Source: a virus. From it: a stretch of 64,000 bases of DNA. The stretch lies in IMG/VR virus record IMGVR_UViG_3300036766_000416, positions 64,001 to 128,000 of that record. One strand, written 5' to 3'. Made by a program: the position numbers and the translations under genes. Of this stretch, positions 48,244-57,301 are shown piece after piece (positions within the stretch are counted from its first letter, which is position 1; each line of letters begins with the position of its first letter). The notes under the pieces were generated by a model. The model ran no database searches, was not told the origin of the DNA, and worked only from the letters and a program-made list of their open reading frames with translations.

Positions 48244-49952
48244 TTCGGTTTTTGTCTATTGAGTGGCGGAACATTCTCAGTACAGGGAACTACTACACCC
48301 ATATCGACCTCAACGCCTCTCAGAACACTCTCATTGTAGGTGAGAATGGGTCGGGGAAATCAACCATTTTAGATGCTCTGTGCTTTGCCCTTTACAACAA
48401 ACCCTTTCGGAACATCACCAAGCCGGCGTTGCTGAACTCCATCAACCAGAAGGAAGCTCTTGTCAAGGTAGAATTCACTACGGATAACCACACGTTCAAG
48501 ATTGTGCGGGGGATCAAGCCGAATGTGTTCGAAATTTTCAAGGACGGGGTGCTGCTGAACCAAGAGGCCGAAGCCAAGGATTACCAGGGGTACCTGGAAA
48601 AATTCATCCTCAAGCTGAATTACAAATCATTCACCCAGATCGTCATTCTGGGGTCCGCTTCGTTCACTCCCTTCATGCAGCTTTCTGCCTCAGACAGGCG
48701 AGCGATCATTGAGGACCTTCTGGACATTCAAATTTTCTCAGTGATGAACGGGTTGGTCAAAGAAAAGTTTTCGGGTATCTCATCACAGCGTAACGAAAAC
48801 AGACTCTTGATTGAGGGTGCCCACGAGAAGATTGCGATTCAGGAACGGTACCTCAATGAGATGCAGCAGGACCACGAGAAACTGATTCTTGAGTACCAGA
48901 AGGAACACCAGCAACACACCGAGGAAATCAATCGTCTGTCGGCCAACATCCTGGACTGCAAACATGCGATCAACACCCTATCCACCACGATTCTCGACAA
49001 ACCAAAGGTCGAAGCAGCCATCAAGAAAGTCACCCAGCTTGAGGCGCAAATCGAGAACGTATCGAGCAAGCACGTCAAGGCCGTTCAGTTCTTTGAAGCC
49101 CATGACAACTGCCCAACGTGTACCCAGGTGATCGATGCGACCTTCAAGACCGAGCACCTGGCACAACTGAACGACAAGATTGCCGAGTGTGCCAAGGGCC
49201 TCATGCAACTGGAAGAGAAGTTTCTGGTTCAACAAGCTCGGCTCACTGAGGTTCACGACACCGAAGCTCAGATCGACAAGAAGAAGCACGAGCTAGCCGT
49301 CGATACCACCACGGTGTCACAGATCAAGAAGTTCATTGGCAAACTCAACGAAAAAATCACGGGTTTACAAGGCACTCATCACTCCGTTGAACGCGAACAC
49401 GAACGCTTAGACACCCACCGTCAGGAACTTGGTCAGCTAGAGGAGACCAAGAAAACCTTGGTGGAGCAGTCGTCCTACTACGAGGTCGCTGGTAGTCTTC
49501 TCAAGGACACAGGTATTAAGACCAAAATTATTCGCCAGTACCTTCCGATCATCAACATGTTTGTCAACAAGCACCTGGCCCAGATGGACTTCTTTGTGAA
49601 CTTCAATCTGGATGACACGTTCAAAGAAACCATTAAGTCAAGACACCGAGATGAATTTACTTACCCATCTTTCTCGGAGGGTGAGAAACAACGTATCGAC
49701 ATGGCACTCATGTTGACATGGCGAGCAGTGGCCAAACTCAAAAACTCGGTGAACACAAACTTGTTGATACTGGATGAAATTTTCGATTCCTCAATGGATA
49801 CCACTGGGGCAGAGGAACTGATGAAGATACTACATGGTCTTGATACGGCCAACGTGTTTGTTATCTCACACCGCGGAGACATTCTTGGTGACAAATTTCA
49901 GCGAGTGATCAGGTTCCAGAAGAATCAAAACTTTAGCCATATTGTCAACTAA
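48240..49952 (+). CDS. gp46: Recombination ATPase subunit gp46 (Rad50/SbcC-like)
   Basis: GENGSGKS Walker A, CPTC zinc hook, FSEGEKQRID signature, LILDEIFD; ATGA overlap places the start at 48240. Confidence 0.95.
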   Translation: MIRFLSIEWRNILSTGNYYTHIDLNASQNTLIVGENGSGKSTILDALCFALYNKPFRNITKPALLNSINQKEALVKVEFTTDNHTFKIVRGIKPNVFEIFKDGVLLNQEAEAKDYQGYLEKFILKLNYKSFTQIVILGSASFTPFMQLSASDRRAIIEDLLDIQIFSVMNGLVKEKFSGISSQRNENRLLIEGAHEKIAIQERYLNEMQQDHEKLILEYQKEHQQHTEEINRLSANILDCKHAINTLSTTILDKPKVEAAIKKVTQLEAQIENVSSKHVKAVQFFEAHDNCPTCTQVIDATFKTEHLAQLNDKIAECAKGLMQLEEKFLVQQARLTEVHDTEAQIDKKKHELAVDTTTVSQIKKFIGKLNEKITGLQGTHHSVEREHERLDTHRQELGQLEETKKTLVEQSSYYEVAGSLLKDTGIKTKIIRQYLPIINMFVNKHLAQMDFFVNFNLDDTFKETIKSRHRDEFTYPSFSEGEKQRIDMALMLTWRAVAKLKNSVNTNLLILDEIFDSSMDTTGAEELMKILHGLDTANVFVISHRGDILGDKFQRVIRFQKNQNFSHIVN

Positions 49953-49963
49953 CGAGGTACCCC

Positions 49964-50623
49964 ATGAAAGAGTTTACCTACAATACATCGACACCCCCAA
50001 CCATCGTGCAGAAGAAGTATGACCCGCTACCTCTTTACAATGATAAGAATCCGATGCTCGCACAACGACAGGAGGCCATGGACCTCAATCCACTGCCTGT
50101 GGACCTCATCGAGACCTGTAACCGATTGCTGGCGACCATGAATCAGTATGGTGGCGTAGGTCTCGCTGCTCCTCAATGTGGGATACCCTTGAGGCTCTTT
50201 GTCATGACTGGTGGAATGGTGTGCATCAACCCTCGGATTCTCACAGCTTCTATTGAGACCCTACGCGAGAAAGAGGGGTGCCTCTCGTTTCCTGGACTCT
50301 ACCTACCTATTACACGGTCCAGGACCATTGAGGTCGAATACTTCAACGAGTTTGGTGTGCAGAAGCACGAGACATTTTCTGGTGCCACGGCGAAAGTCTT
50401 TCAACATGAGACCGATCACCTCAATGGCATTGTCTTTACGTCTCTGGTGGGAAACCTGACACTCCAGATGGCCAAGAAGAAAAAACAAAAGCTCTTCAAG
50501 CGCATGGAGCGCATTGTGGAGGTCAAGGAAATGCAGCGCAAGATGGCTGATCTGGTCAGCAAGAGCGCGATGGCCAAGGTGGCACCTCGTGCAGTTCAGG
50601 TTCAGTCAAACAGAGTGACATAG
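49964..50623 (+). CDS. def: Peptide deformylase
   Basis: GVGLAAPQ, EGCLSFP and QHETDHLNG (HExxH) motifs. Confidence 0.93.
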   Translation: MKEFTYNTSTPPTIVQKKYDPLPLYNDKNPMLAQRQEAMDLNPLPVDLIETCNRLLATMNQYGGVGLAAPQCGIPLRLFVMTGGMVCINPRILTASIETLREKEGCLSFPGLYLPITRSRTIEVEYFNEFGVQKHETFSGATAKVFQHETDHLNGIVFTSLVGNLTLQMAKKKKQKLFKRMERIVEVKEMQRKMADLVSKSAMAKVAPRAVQVQSNRVT

Positions 50624-50629
50624 GGTGGC

Positions 50630-51787
50630 ATGATGAAAAGTTGGCAATGTGGTTTCGAAATTGATGAACTGAAAACCTTGGAGGCCTTCTACGAGCCATA
50701 CAATCGCTATGCCCTGTCACCGTTCGGAAAATTTAAGAAGAATGACATCGCCACCAAGCTGGACAACAAGGCCTTCAACCAGGTCAACGACCGAGACGGG
50801 CACGTCGAGGCAGCTTGGGTGCGTGAAAGGTCAAAGGTACCCAGCAAGATCACGATGCACGGCAAAACCATCATTGGTGAGAAACTCAAGGGTGACGTGA
50901 CCCTTTCAAGACTCTGTGGTGACCCAGAGACCTTAGAGACCTCACTGATGCATGAGGGGTACACGATGGACAACTGCTGGCTCCTGTCCTACGGTGGGGA
51001 CACCGCGATCTGCCGGCTCGCTGAACGCCTGGGGTTCAAGAAAATTGGCTACAAGGTCACCTCGTTTGCAGAGATCATGGCGGTCTATTTTCGGGACAGT
51101 GACCTCAGTTTGGCACCCAGGAACCACCCAGTGGTGAACAAGGCTGACTTGGTGGGTATGGCAAAGATTGCGAGCATAGGGTCCACGTTGCCCTTGTTGA
51201 TTCTGCAGAAAATCCAACTCAAAGGTCTCCAATACACCAATCACTACAGCAACTACAACACCAAGAATGCCTGGTCTGCATTGGCCCTTCGAGGTTACTC
51301 AGCGGACGCCGCGTTCATCACGAAGCCCGCTGAGATGAATGACAAGTGGCATGAGGCCCACACACACGAACACTTCGAACTTCAAGATACCCCACTCTAC
51401 GCACAGTTCCCCGAAGTCAGAAAACTACTTACGTTTTTAGACGGGGAGTGCCACCGAGTCAGATTTATGCGTCTCGCCCCTGGTGGGGGAGAACTTACTC
51501 GTCATACAGACCAGGTAGACCCCGACGCTGGCAACTCACTAGGCGCGCTGGCTCGCTTGCACTTCCCTCTCAAAACCAACAAGGACGTCCTATTCAGCAC
51601 ATGGAATGGTGACGACCAAGAGGAACGCTATCACTTTGGATTCGGTGAGTGTTGGGTCATTGATACTCGGAAACCTCATATGGCTGTCAATGGGGGCACA
51701 GAGGAACGGATACACCTCGTGGTTGACGTGATTGTGACACCTAAAATCGAACGCATGATCACCGAAGGACTCTCTATTCGAGCCTAA
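50630..51787 (+). CDS. Fusion of a GNAT-like N-terminal domain and an AspH-type 2OG-Fe(II) oxygenase
   Basis: C-terminus RVRFMRL.PGG.L..HTD...RLHFPL.TN...GECW.IDTRKPH.A.NGG.E.RIHLVVD matches the aspartyl/asparaginyl beta-hydroxylase fold (HxD...H). N-terminal A.RLGF.KIG.KV resembles the GNAT C-terminal motif (weaker). Confidence 0.7.
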   Translation: MMKSWQCGFEIDELKTLEAFYEPYNRYALSPFGKFKKNDIATKLDNKAFNQVNDRDGHVEAAWVRERSKVPSKITMHGKTIIGEKLKGDVTLSRLCGDPETLETSLMHEGYTMDNCWLLSYGGDTAICRLAERLGFKKIGYKVTSFAEIMAVYFRDSDLSLAPRNHPVVNKADLVGMAKIASIGSTLPLLILQKIQLKGLQYTNHYSNYNTKNAWSALALRGYSADAAFITKPAEMNDKWHEAHTHEHFELQDTPLYAQFPEVRKLLTFLDGECHRVRFMRLAPGGGELTRHTDQVDPDAGNSLGALARLHFPLKTNKDVLFSTWNGDDQEERYHFGFGECWVIDTRKPHMAVNGGTEERIHLVVDVIVTPKIERMITEGLSIRA

Positions 51788-51805
51788 TCAACCACTTAGC
51801 ACCCC

Positions 51806-51834
51806 TTGACACCTGGACCTGGTTGTGATACCCT
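51806..51834 (+). promoter_or_regulatory. Sigma70-type promoter
   Basis: TTGACA (51806-11), 17-nt spacer, TGA-TACCCT (51829-34); intergenic. Confidence 0.6.
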
Positions 51835-51873
51835 TAGTATGACAGTTGAAGAAACACCAGGAGCCTTTATATT

Positions 51874-54800
51874 ATGAGTACCCTCAGCAAACTTACAAAG
51901 ATTGTCAGACACAATTACAAAAAGTCTCTGGCCAGGGAACCCAAGGTTCTTCTCTATGTCTATCAGATGATGGACCACAAACCCCTGAATTCTGCCGACG
52001 GGATATACAGTCTCAAGGTGGGGGACCATTGGTGTATCTTCAGGGACATTTATGCGGCCGCCAAAAGGCGAATTCGAGAGGGGTTGGGGTGCCACAAAGC
52101 TGCCCTGGATGACGGTCGAATCAAGATTCTCGCAGTATTCGATGTGACTGTGTATGCCAAGCACCACAAGAAATATAAAAAACATGGCAAGATCGACCTC
52201 AATGTTCACAAAGTTATTCCAGGTCACTATCGAGATGACAATTTCCATGTCAACGATATTGGTGAAGTTCTAGCTCTCATCACCAAAGAAATCAACCGCT
52301 ATTCGACAGCACAACAGAAGGACACCCTCAAACTCAGCCCTCTCCAACACGATCTGCTCAGAGATTCCATTGTGGCCTACAAGGCAGGGAAACTCCGACA
52401 GTTGTTCGCCGCGGCAGCACGAATCGGAAAAACCTGTATGGCTCTGGCTCTCATGCGGGAACTGAACCTTCCGTTTATGGTGTTCGCCAGCTACGTCACG
52501 ACTTCACTCAATTCGATGATTCAGGATGCCGCAAAGTTCGCGCAATTCCACAACATCCTTGTGGTCGATACGCGAAAAAATGACTACCAACAACTCATTA
52601 GTGAAGGTCTTGCGGCGGGTAAGCAAATCGTGGCGCTCCTGAGTATGTGCAATGGTGATGATCGACAGGAACGCATCGACTTTCTCTTCAAGCTGAACCT
52701 TCTTCAAACGTTGGTGGTCGACGAGGCAGACTATGGGTCACATCAACCGACGCAAACCGAACCACTTCAAGCAGCGGTCTCTGTAAACGAATTGGTGATC
52801 CTGATGTCAGGGACCAATCCAGAACGGTCTATGAGTACCTGGAAAATCGACTTCCAGCGACACATCAGTAATCAAGACATGCAAGTGGCCAGAGGGCTGT
52901 ACCTCAGAGGTGAGTACAAACAGTCACCGAGCAAGATGCTCTTCTTCAAGAAGGACTACAGCATTCTCGGCGCGGTTGTTCCGGCTCGCTACTACCAAAT
53001 GACCCTCAAGAAACTTCAGGACCTCGCCAAACTCCAGCACCCAGAGGCCTTCACGGATGATGAACTGTGGGGTTCGTGGATCAAGTGGATGAAGAACCCA
53101 GCGAAGGCCAGTGGCCCACTGTCCATGTTCTTTGAGTCAGTCTTTGAGGGCAAGTGGAACCTCGAAGAAGTCAACACCAGGTATCAGTTTAGTATCACCC
53201 CAGGTGGACAACAAGTGGTGATGGTCTGGCTGCCTTCCTGCACCGAGACCGAGAAGATGAACTTGTTCGCTGAGATTGCTCAAAAAAGTCTCAAAAACTG
53301 GGACGTGATTCCGCTCTCTGGTGGAGTGACGACCCCCGATGGCACCAGGATGACAGGCGCGAAGGCTGAACGCCATGTGAATGAACGTATTGCCTCAGCC
53401 AAATTCAATGGCAACCGCAACGTCATGATCATCTCAGCGATCATGGGTGCCCGCTCATTCGGGATCAAGGAAATCACTGAGGTCTATCTGTGCTACGATG
53501 AGGGAGCGGTGGGTTCGACGATTCAGAAAATGTCACGAGCCCTCACACCGTTCTTCGACGGGACTGAGAAACTTGCTCGCATTGTCTCGTGCAGCTTCGA
53601 CCCTAACCGTGACGAGAAATTCGACCCACTGGTCCTTGAGTGTGCCAAGCACACCAAGGCTCTGTATGGGATACCCCTGGTCAAGGCCATCAAACTCGTG
53701 CTACGCACGTCAGACTTCTTTGTGATGACCCAGGATGGACCGAAACCCTATGAAATCTCCGCGTACCTTGAGGGTGTGTTGGCCCGCAAGAGTACCGCGC
53801 GGGTGTTCGGGAAAATTTTCAAGCTGGAAAACATTCCCACTGACCTGTTGGAGTCTATCGCCAGGGTCTCTGGAAAAATCGGCAAGACCACGAAACAAGA
53901 AGTTGCTCAACGAGGCAAGACGCTCGCTGAGGTCCTCAAGAAATCACCAGGAACCAAGAATACTCCGGCTCAAGACAAAATCTGGAAAGACATCCACAAC
54001 GGCCTGGTCTACATCGCGTCCAACATCGATTGGATCATGTGCTTCGGTCGCCGTGGGGCCTCATTGGTGGAGTGCCTGGACATTCTCGATAAGGAAACTC
54101 AGAGGACCCGGGATGGCCTCGCTGAGGATTATGGTATCCCCTATGCGGACCTCGCACGATTGCTTCGGTGCGACGTGAGTAGCCATGACCTCCTGGAGTT
54201 GGAGTCCTACGCGGGCACTGGGACCGCTAGCAACCGCACAAAATTTTCTATCGACCCAGTGGTGATGGAGATGTTGGCGATCATTCCTGAGAAGGATTGG
54301 CAGTCGTCTACCAAGACCTTTGCGGACCTGGCGATGGCAGGAGGTCAGTTTATTGTTGGGCTGGTGCGAATGCTGAGAACCTACGGACACTCAGACGAGA
54401 ACATCAGGAGTCGTGTGTTCGGATTCGACACCTGCAAGCACAGAATTCTCGCTGCTAAATACCACTGTCCAGACCTCATCGGAACCTTTGAGGTCAAAAC
54501 AATCGAGGAGTTGATGAAGATGACCCAGAAATTTGACGTGATCGTTGGGAACCCACCGTTTCAACAAAATAGCAAAATCGCAAAAGACAGCGGCACCAAT
54601 AAACTCTGGAATAAATTTACAAAACTCGCTATCGATCTTTCACCGGGGGGATATGTGACATACATCACCCCCCAATCATGGTTGGTGGGAAACAGGACAT
54701 TCGACCTGCTCACCAGTAAGAAATCAATAAGTGTTAATACCGAAATCTCTCATTATTTTCAGGGTGTTAATAGTTCTTTCTGCTCGTGGGTTCTGTCAAA

Positions 54801-55404
54801 CAAAGACAAGGACGACGCAGAAACTGGGAAGATATTTGTGAACGGCAAACCACTTGACAGTTCCCTAGGTTTGATACCCAAAGACAGATCACACAACGGT
54901 CTTTCTTTAGTTGCTAAGTTTTTTTCAAAGAAAGATAAATTTTCATTCGACCGACTTTATAATCATGGATCAACAGCCATTAAAAACGACCCAACACTAC
55001 TAGGCAAAAAAAGTCAACGATACCAACACCCAATTACATTCACCGCCTCAAAACAAGGCATTGCGTGGAGTCGCATACCAAGCCCAGTGCAGGGGAAAAA
55101 GAAAGTGATTATATTTCGTAGCGCCCCTATAAAACCCACGTATTCAACTAATGGTGTTGGTGCTGACGCCTTCTTTAAGTTAGTGACCTCGAAAGAGGAA
55201 GGAAAGAATATGGTTGAAATTTTCAACTCAAAACTCTACTCATACATTTTCAAAACCACACTCTATAGTGGATTTTTCTCTATGTCAGTGTTTAACCACA
55301 TTCCCTATCTCGATTACACCAGGTCCTGGAGTGACGCTGAAATCTATGAGCACTTCAACATCACCAAGAAAGAGCAAGCACACATTGAAGCCTACCTTGC
55401 GTGA
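51874..55404 (+). CDS. Nuclease-SF2 helicase-N6-adenine methyltransferase fusion (Type ISP/IIG-like R-M enzyme)
   Basis: AAARIGKT (motif I), LVVDEAD (motif II), MSGT (motif III); FADLAMAGGQF SAM site and VIVGNPPF catalytic motif; N-terminal Y.Y...KVG...RI.E GIY-YIG/T5orf172-like segment (weaker). Confidence 0.75.
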   Translation: MSTLSKLTKIVRHNYKKSLAREPKVLLYVYQMMDHKPLNSADGIYSLKVGDHWCIFRDIYAAAKRRIREGLGCHKAALDDGRIKILAVFDVTVYAKHHKKYKKHGKIDLNVHKVIPGHYRDDNFHVNDIGEVLALITKEINRYSTAQQKDTLKLSPLQHDLLRDSIVAYKAGKLRQLFAAAARIGKTCMALALMRELNLPFMVFASYVTTSLNSMIQDAAKFAQFHNILVVDTRKNDYQQLISEGLAAGKQIVALLSMCNGDDRQERIDFLFKLNLLQTLVVDEADYGSHQPTQTEPLQAAVSVNELVILMSGTNPERSMSTWKIDFQRHISNQDMQVARGLYLRGEYKQSPSKMLFFKKDYSILGAVVPARYYQMTLKKLQDLAKLQHPEAFTDDELWGSWIKWMKNPAKASGPLSMFFESVFEGKWNLEEVNTRYQFSITPGGQQVVMVWLPSCTETEKMNLFAEIAQKSLKNWDVIPLSGGVTTPDGTRMTGAKAERHVNERIASAKFNGNRNVMIISAIMGARSFGIKEITEVYLCYDEGAVGSTIQKMSRALTPFFDGTEKLARIVSCSFDPNRDEKFDPLVLECAKHTKALYGIPLVKAIKLVLRTSDFFVMTQDGPKPYEISAYLEGVLARKSTARVFGKIFKLENIPTDLLESIARVSGKIGKTTKQEVAQRGKTLAEVLKKSPGTKNTPAQDKIWKDIHNGLVYIASNIDWIMCFGRRGASLVECLDILDKETQRTRDGLAEDYGIPYADLARLLRCDVSSHDLLELESYAGTGTASNRTKFSIDPVVMEMLAIIPEKDWQSSTKTFADLAMAGGQFIVGLVRMLRTYGHSDENIRSRVFGFDTCKHRILAAKYHCPDLIGTFEVKTIEELMKMTQKFDVIVGNPPFQQNSKIAKDSGTNKLWNKFTKLAIDLSPGGYVTYITPQSWLVGNRTFDLLTSKKSISVNTEISHYFQGVNSSFCSWVLSNKDKDDAETGKIFVNGKPLDSSLGLIPKDRSHNGLSLVAKFFSKKDKFSFDRLYNHGSTAIKNDPTLLGKKSQRYQHPITFTASKQGIAWSRIPSPVQGKKKVIIFRSAPIKPTYSTNGVGADAFFKLVTSKEEGKNMVEIFNSKLYSYIFKTTLYSGFFSMSVFNHIPYLDYTRSWSDAEIYEHFNITKKEQAHIEAYLA

Positions 55405-55825
55405 AGTGATTGAACACGTTCGCAACAGGTCCTACATGTCAGGGGTCCAACGGGATGCCCTGCGCGTCAAGGCCACTGGTGAAATCTTCACACCGACACC
55501 ACTGGTCCAGGAACTTCTGGACCAACTCCCCACTGAGGTGTTCAGTGAGCCCTCCGAGACCTTCCTAGACCCTTCCTGTGGTGACGGACAGTTTCTCGGC
55601 GAGGTCCTGATCCGCAAAATGGAGCATGGTAGCACGTTCGCTGAGGCCCTCAACACGATCTATGGTGTCGAACTGATGCCCGACAACAGGGCCCTCTGTG
55701 TTGAACGGCTCCTGTGTGGTCACGAAGAATACCGGGACCTCGTGGAGTCGCACATCGTCTGCGCTGATGCCTTGAGCTATGATTACTCGTTCGGTAAACC
55801 TGTGGGTCTGGAGAACCTGTGCTGA
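55385..55825 (+). CDS. N6-adenine methyltransferase-like protein, SAM-binding half only
   Basis: RVKATGEIFTPTPLV (motif X), FLDPSCGDGQFL (motif I), IYGVEL (motif II), DAL (motif III); ends without NPPY. Start uncertain (TTG 55385/55397 or GTG 55406); the 55214 upstream extension overlaps the previous gene. Confidence 0.7.
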   Translation: MKPTLREVIEHVRNRSYMSGVQRDALRVKATGEIFTPTPLVQELLDQLPTEVFSEPSETFLDPSCGDGQFLGEVLIRKMEHGSTFAEALNTIYGVELMPDNRALCVERLLCGHEEYRDLVESHIVCADALSYDYSFGKPVGLENLC

Positions 55826-56394
55826 TCATTGGGAACCCTCCATTCGGCAAGAGGGCCTCTCTGGCGATAGAGTTTTTCAATCGAGCCACCCGGCTCTCCG
55901 ATGTGATTGCGTTCGTGGTGCCAGTACAGTTCAGGAAGTGGTCGGTTCAGTCCAAACTCAACCCGGAAATGCGACTGGTCCTAGACAAGGATGTTCCTGA
56001 ACACACCTTCGACGGGATACGCTGCTGTTTGCAAATCTGGAAACGGGGAGGGTCGGGTCCCGATCTACGACTGAAAGCGGCACCCACGATCACCCACAAA
56101 GACTTTTTCATGTGGCAGTATAATAATACAGAAAAGGCCAAGCGAGTGTTCGGCATCACGTTCGATTTCGCGGTACCCCGTCAAGGGTACGCAGATTACA
56201 CCAGGCGTGAGACAGACTACAGGGCCTGTGAACTGACAACCCAATGGATACTCTTTCGAGCACCCAATCCAGTGGTCTTGTCGAGACTCAAGCAATTAGA
56301 TTTTGAGGCACTTGCAAAGAAGAATACGACGATCCCTGGGTTCGGCAAAGCAGACGTGGTGAGATTGTATCATGAGGTGTATGGTGACAACTGA
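55819..56394 (+). CDS. N6-adenine methyltransferase-like protein, catalytic NPPF half
   Basis: GGAG SD before GTG; IIGNPPFG...A..FF..A......IAF.VP..F...; no SAM-binding motif I. Confidence 0.65.
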   Translation: MLIIGNPPFGKRASLAIEFFNRATRLSDVIAFVVPVQFRKWSVQSKLNPEMRLVLDKDVPEHTFDGIRCCLQIWKRGGSGPDLRLKAAPTITHKDFFMWQYNNTEKAKRVFGITFDFAVPRQGYADYTRRETDYRACELTTQWILFRAPNPVVLSRLKQLDFEALAKKNTTIPGFGKADVVRLYHEVYGDN

Positions 56395-57301
56395 ACGAGA
56401 CATCGATCACGCGCTAGACCTGATTACCCCGGTCCAGTTCGACCAGGGTCTCTATTGGAAACGCGACGACCACTTCCAACCTTTCGGGCCCCTACATGTC
56501 AATGGCGGAAAAGTCCGACAGGCGATCATGGTCTTTCGGTCCAAGCTGGAAGAGCTTCGTGACCCTGAGTGCTACGACAATGGCGTGGTCACCGCCGCCT
56601 CAGTGTACTCCCCACAATCCGCCAACATCGCCAAGGTCGCGCAGCACTATGGGGTGAAGTGTATCTCGACAGTAGGGGGAACCACTGAAGCAGGACTCCG
56701 TAAGCACCATATGATGCGGCTCACGCGGCACTACGGGTCCGAGATTCGTATTGTCGCAGGGCACGGCATGACCGCGGTGATCCACAGCCGGATGCACGAC
56801 ATTGCGAAGCAGCTTCGGTACCTCCCAATCGAAATGGGTGAACTGATGGAGGAGAACCCCACTGCAATCTTTGAGTCAACCGCTCGCCAAGTCCAGAACC
56901 TACCCGATGACCTGGACAACCTCATCGTGCCCACTGGTGTTGCCATCCAGTTGACGGGTATCCTGCGGGGCCTCAGGGAGTTTGACAAAAAAGTTGGACG
57001 GGTCGTGTGTGTCTGTGTGGGACCGACCAGAGAGAAGCAACTGAGCCACTACCTCCGTGACATTTACAAGGAAGAGGTCTCGCGGTACCACAGTGTCGAG
57101 ATGGTTGCCCACAAGGCTCCGTATTCGAAACCCTACGAGGTCAAGGTCAACGGTGAGCATATCGATGACCTCTATGAGGGCAAGGCCTTTGACTGGATGA
57201 CCAAGAACGTGGATTACCGTAACCAGAAAACCTGCTTCTGGGTCGTCGGCAAGAGGCCTAGAGTGACCGATGTTGATACCATCATCCAGGACATGCTATG
57301 A
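56381..57301 (+). CDS. PLP-dependent enzyme, ACC deaminase / D-cysteine desulfhydrase family (fold type II)
   Basis: TPVQ...WKRDD...NGGKVR (Schiff-base Lys), IVPTG...TGILRG, IDDLYEGKAF; start could be 56372, 56381 or 56384. Confidence 0.8.
   Translation: MVTTERDIDHALDLITPVQFDQGLYWKRDDHFQPFGPLHVNGGKVRQAIMVFRSKLEELRDPECYDNGVVTAASVYSPQSANIAKVAQHYGVKCISTVGGTTEAGLRKHHMMRLTRHYGSEIRIVAGHGMTAVIHSRMHDIAKQLRYLPIEMGELMEENPTAIFESTARQVQNLPDDLDNLIVPTGVAIQLTGILRGLREFDKKVGRVVCVCVGPTREKQLSHYLRDIYKEEVSRYHSVEMVAHKAPYSKPYEVKVNGEHIDDLYEGKAFDWMTKNVDYRNQKTCFWVVGKRPRVTDVDTIIQDML

Noticed and set aside
56381-57301. ACC deaminase as a plant-interaction auxiliary gene
   Set aside because: Family membership alone does not give the substrate; the Gly-rich phosphate loop is divergent and the gene is coupled to a DNA MTase-fold gene.
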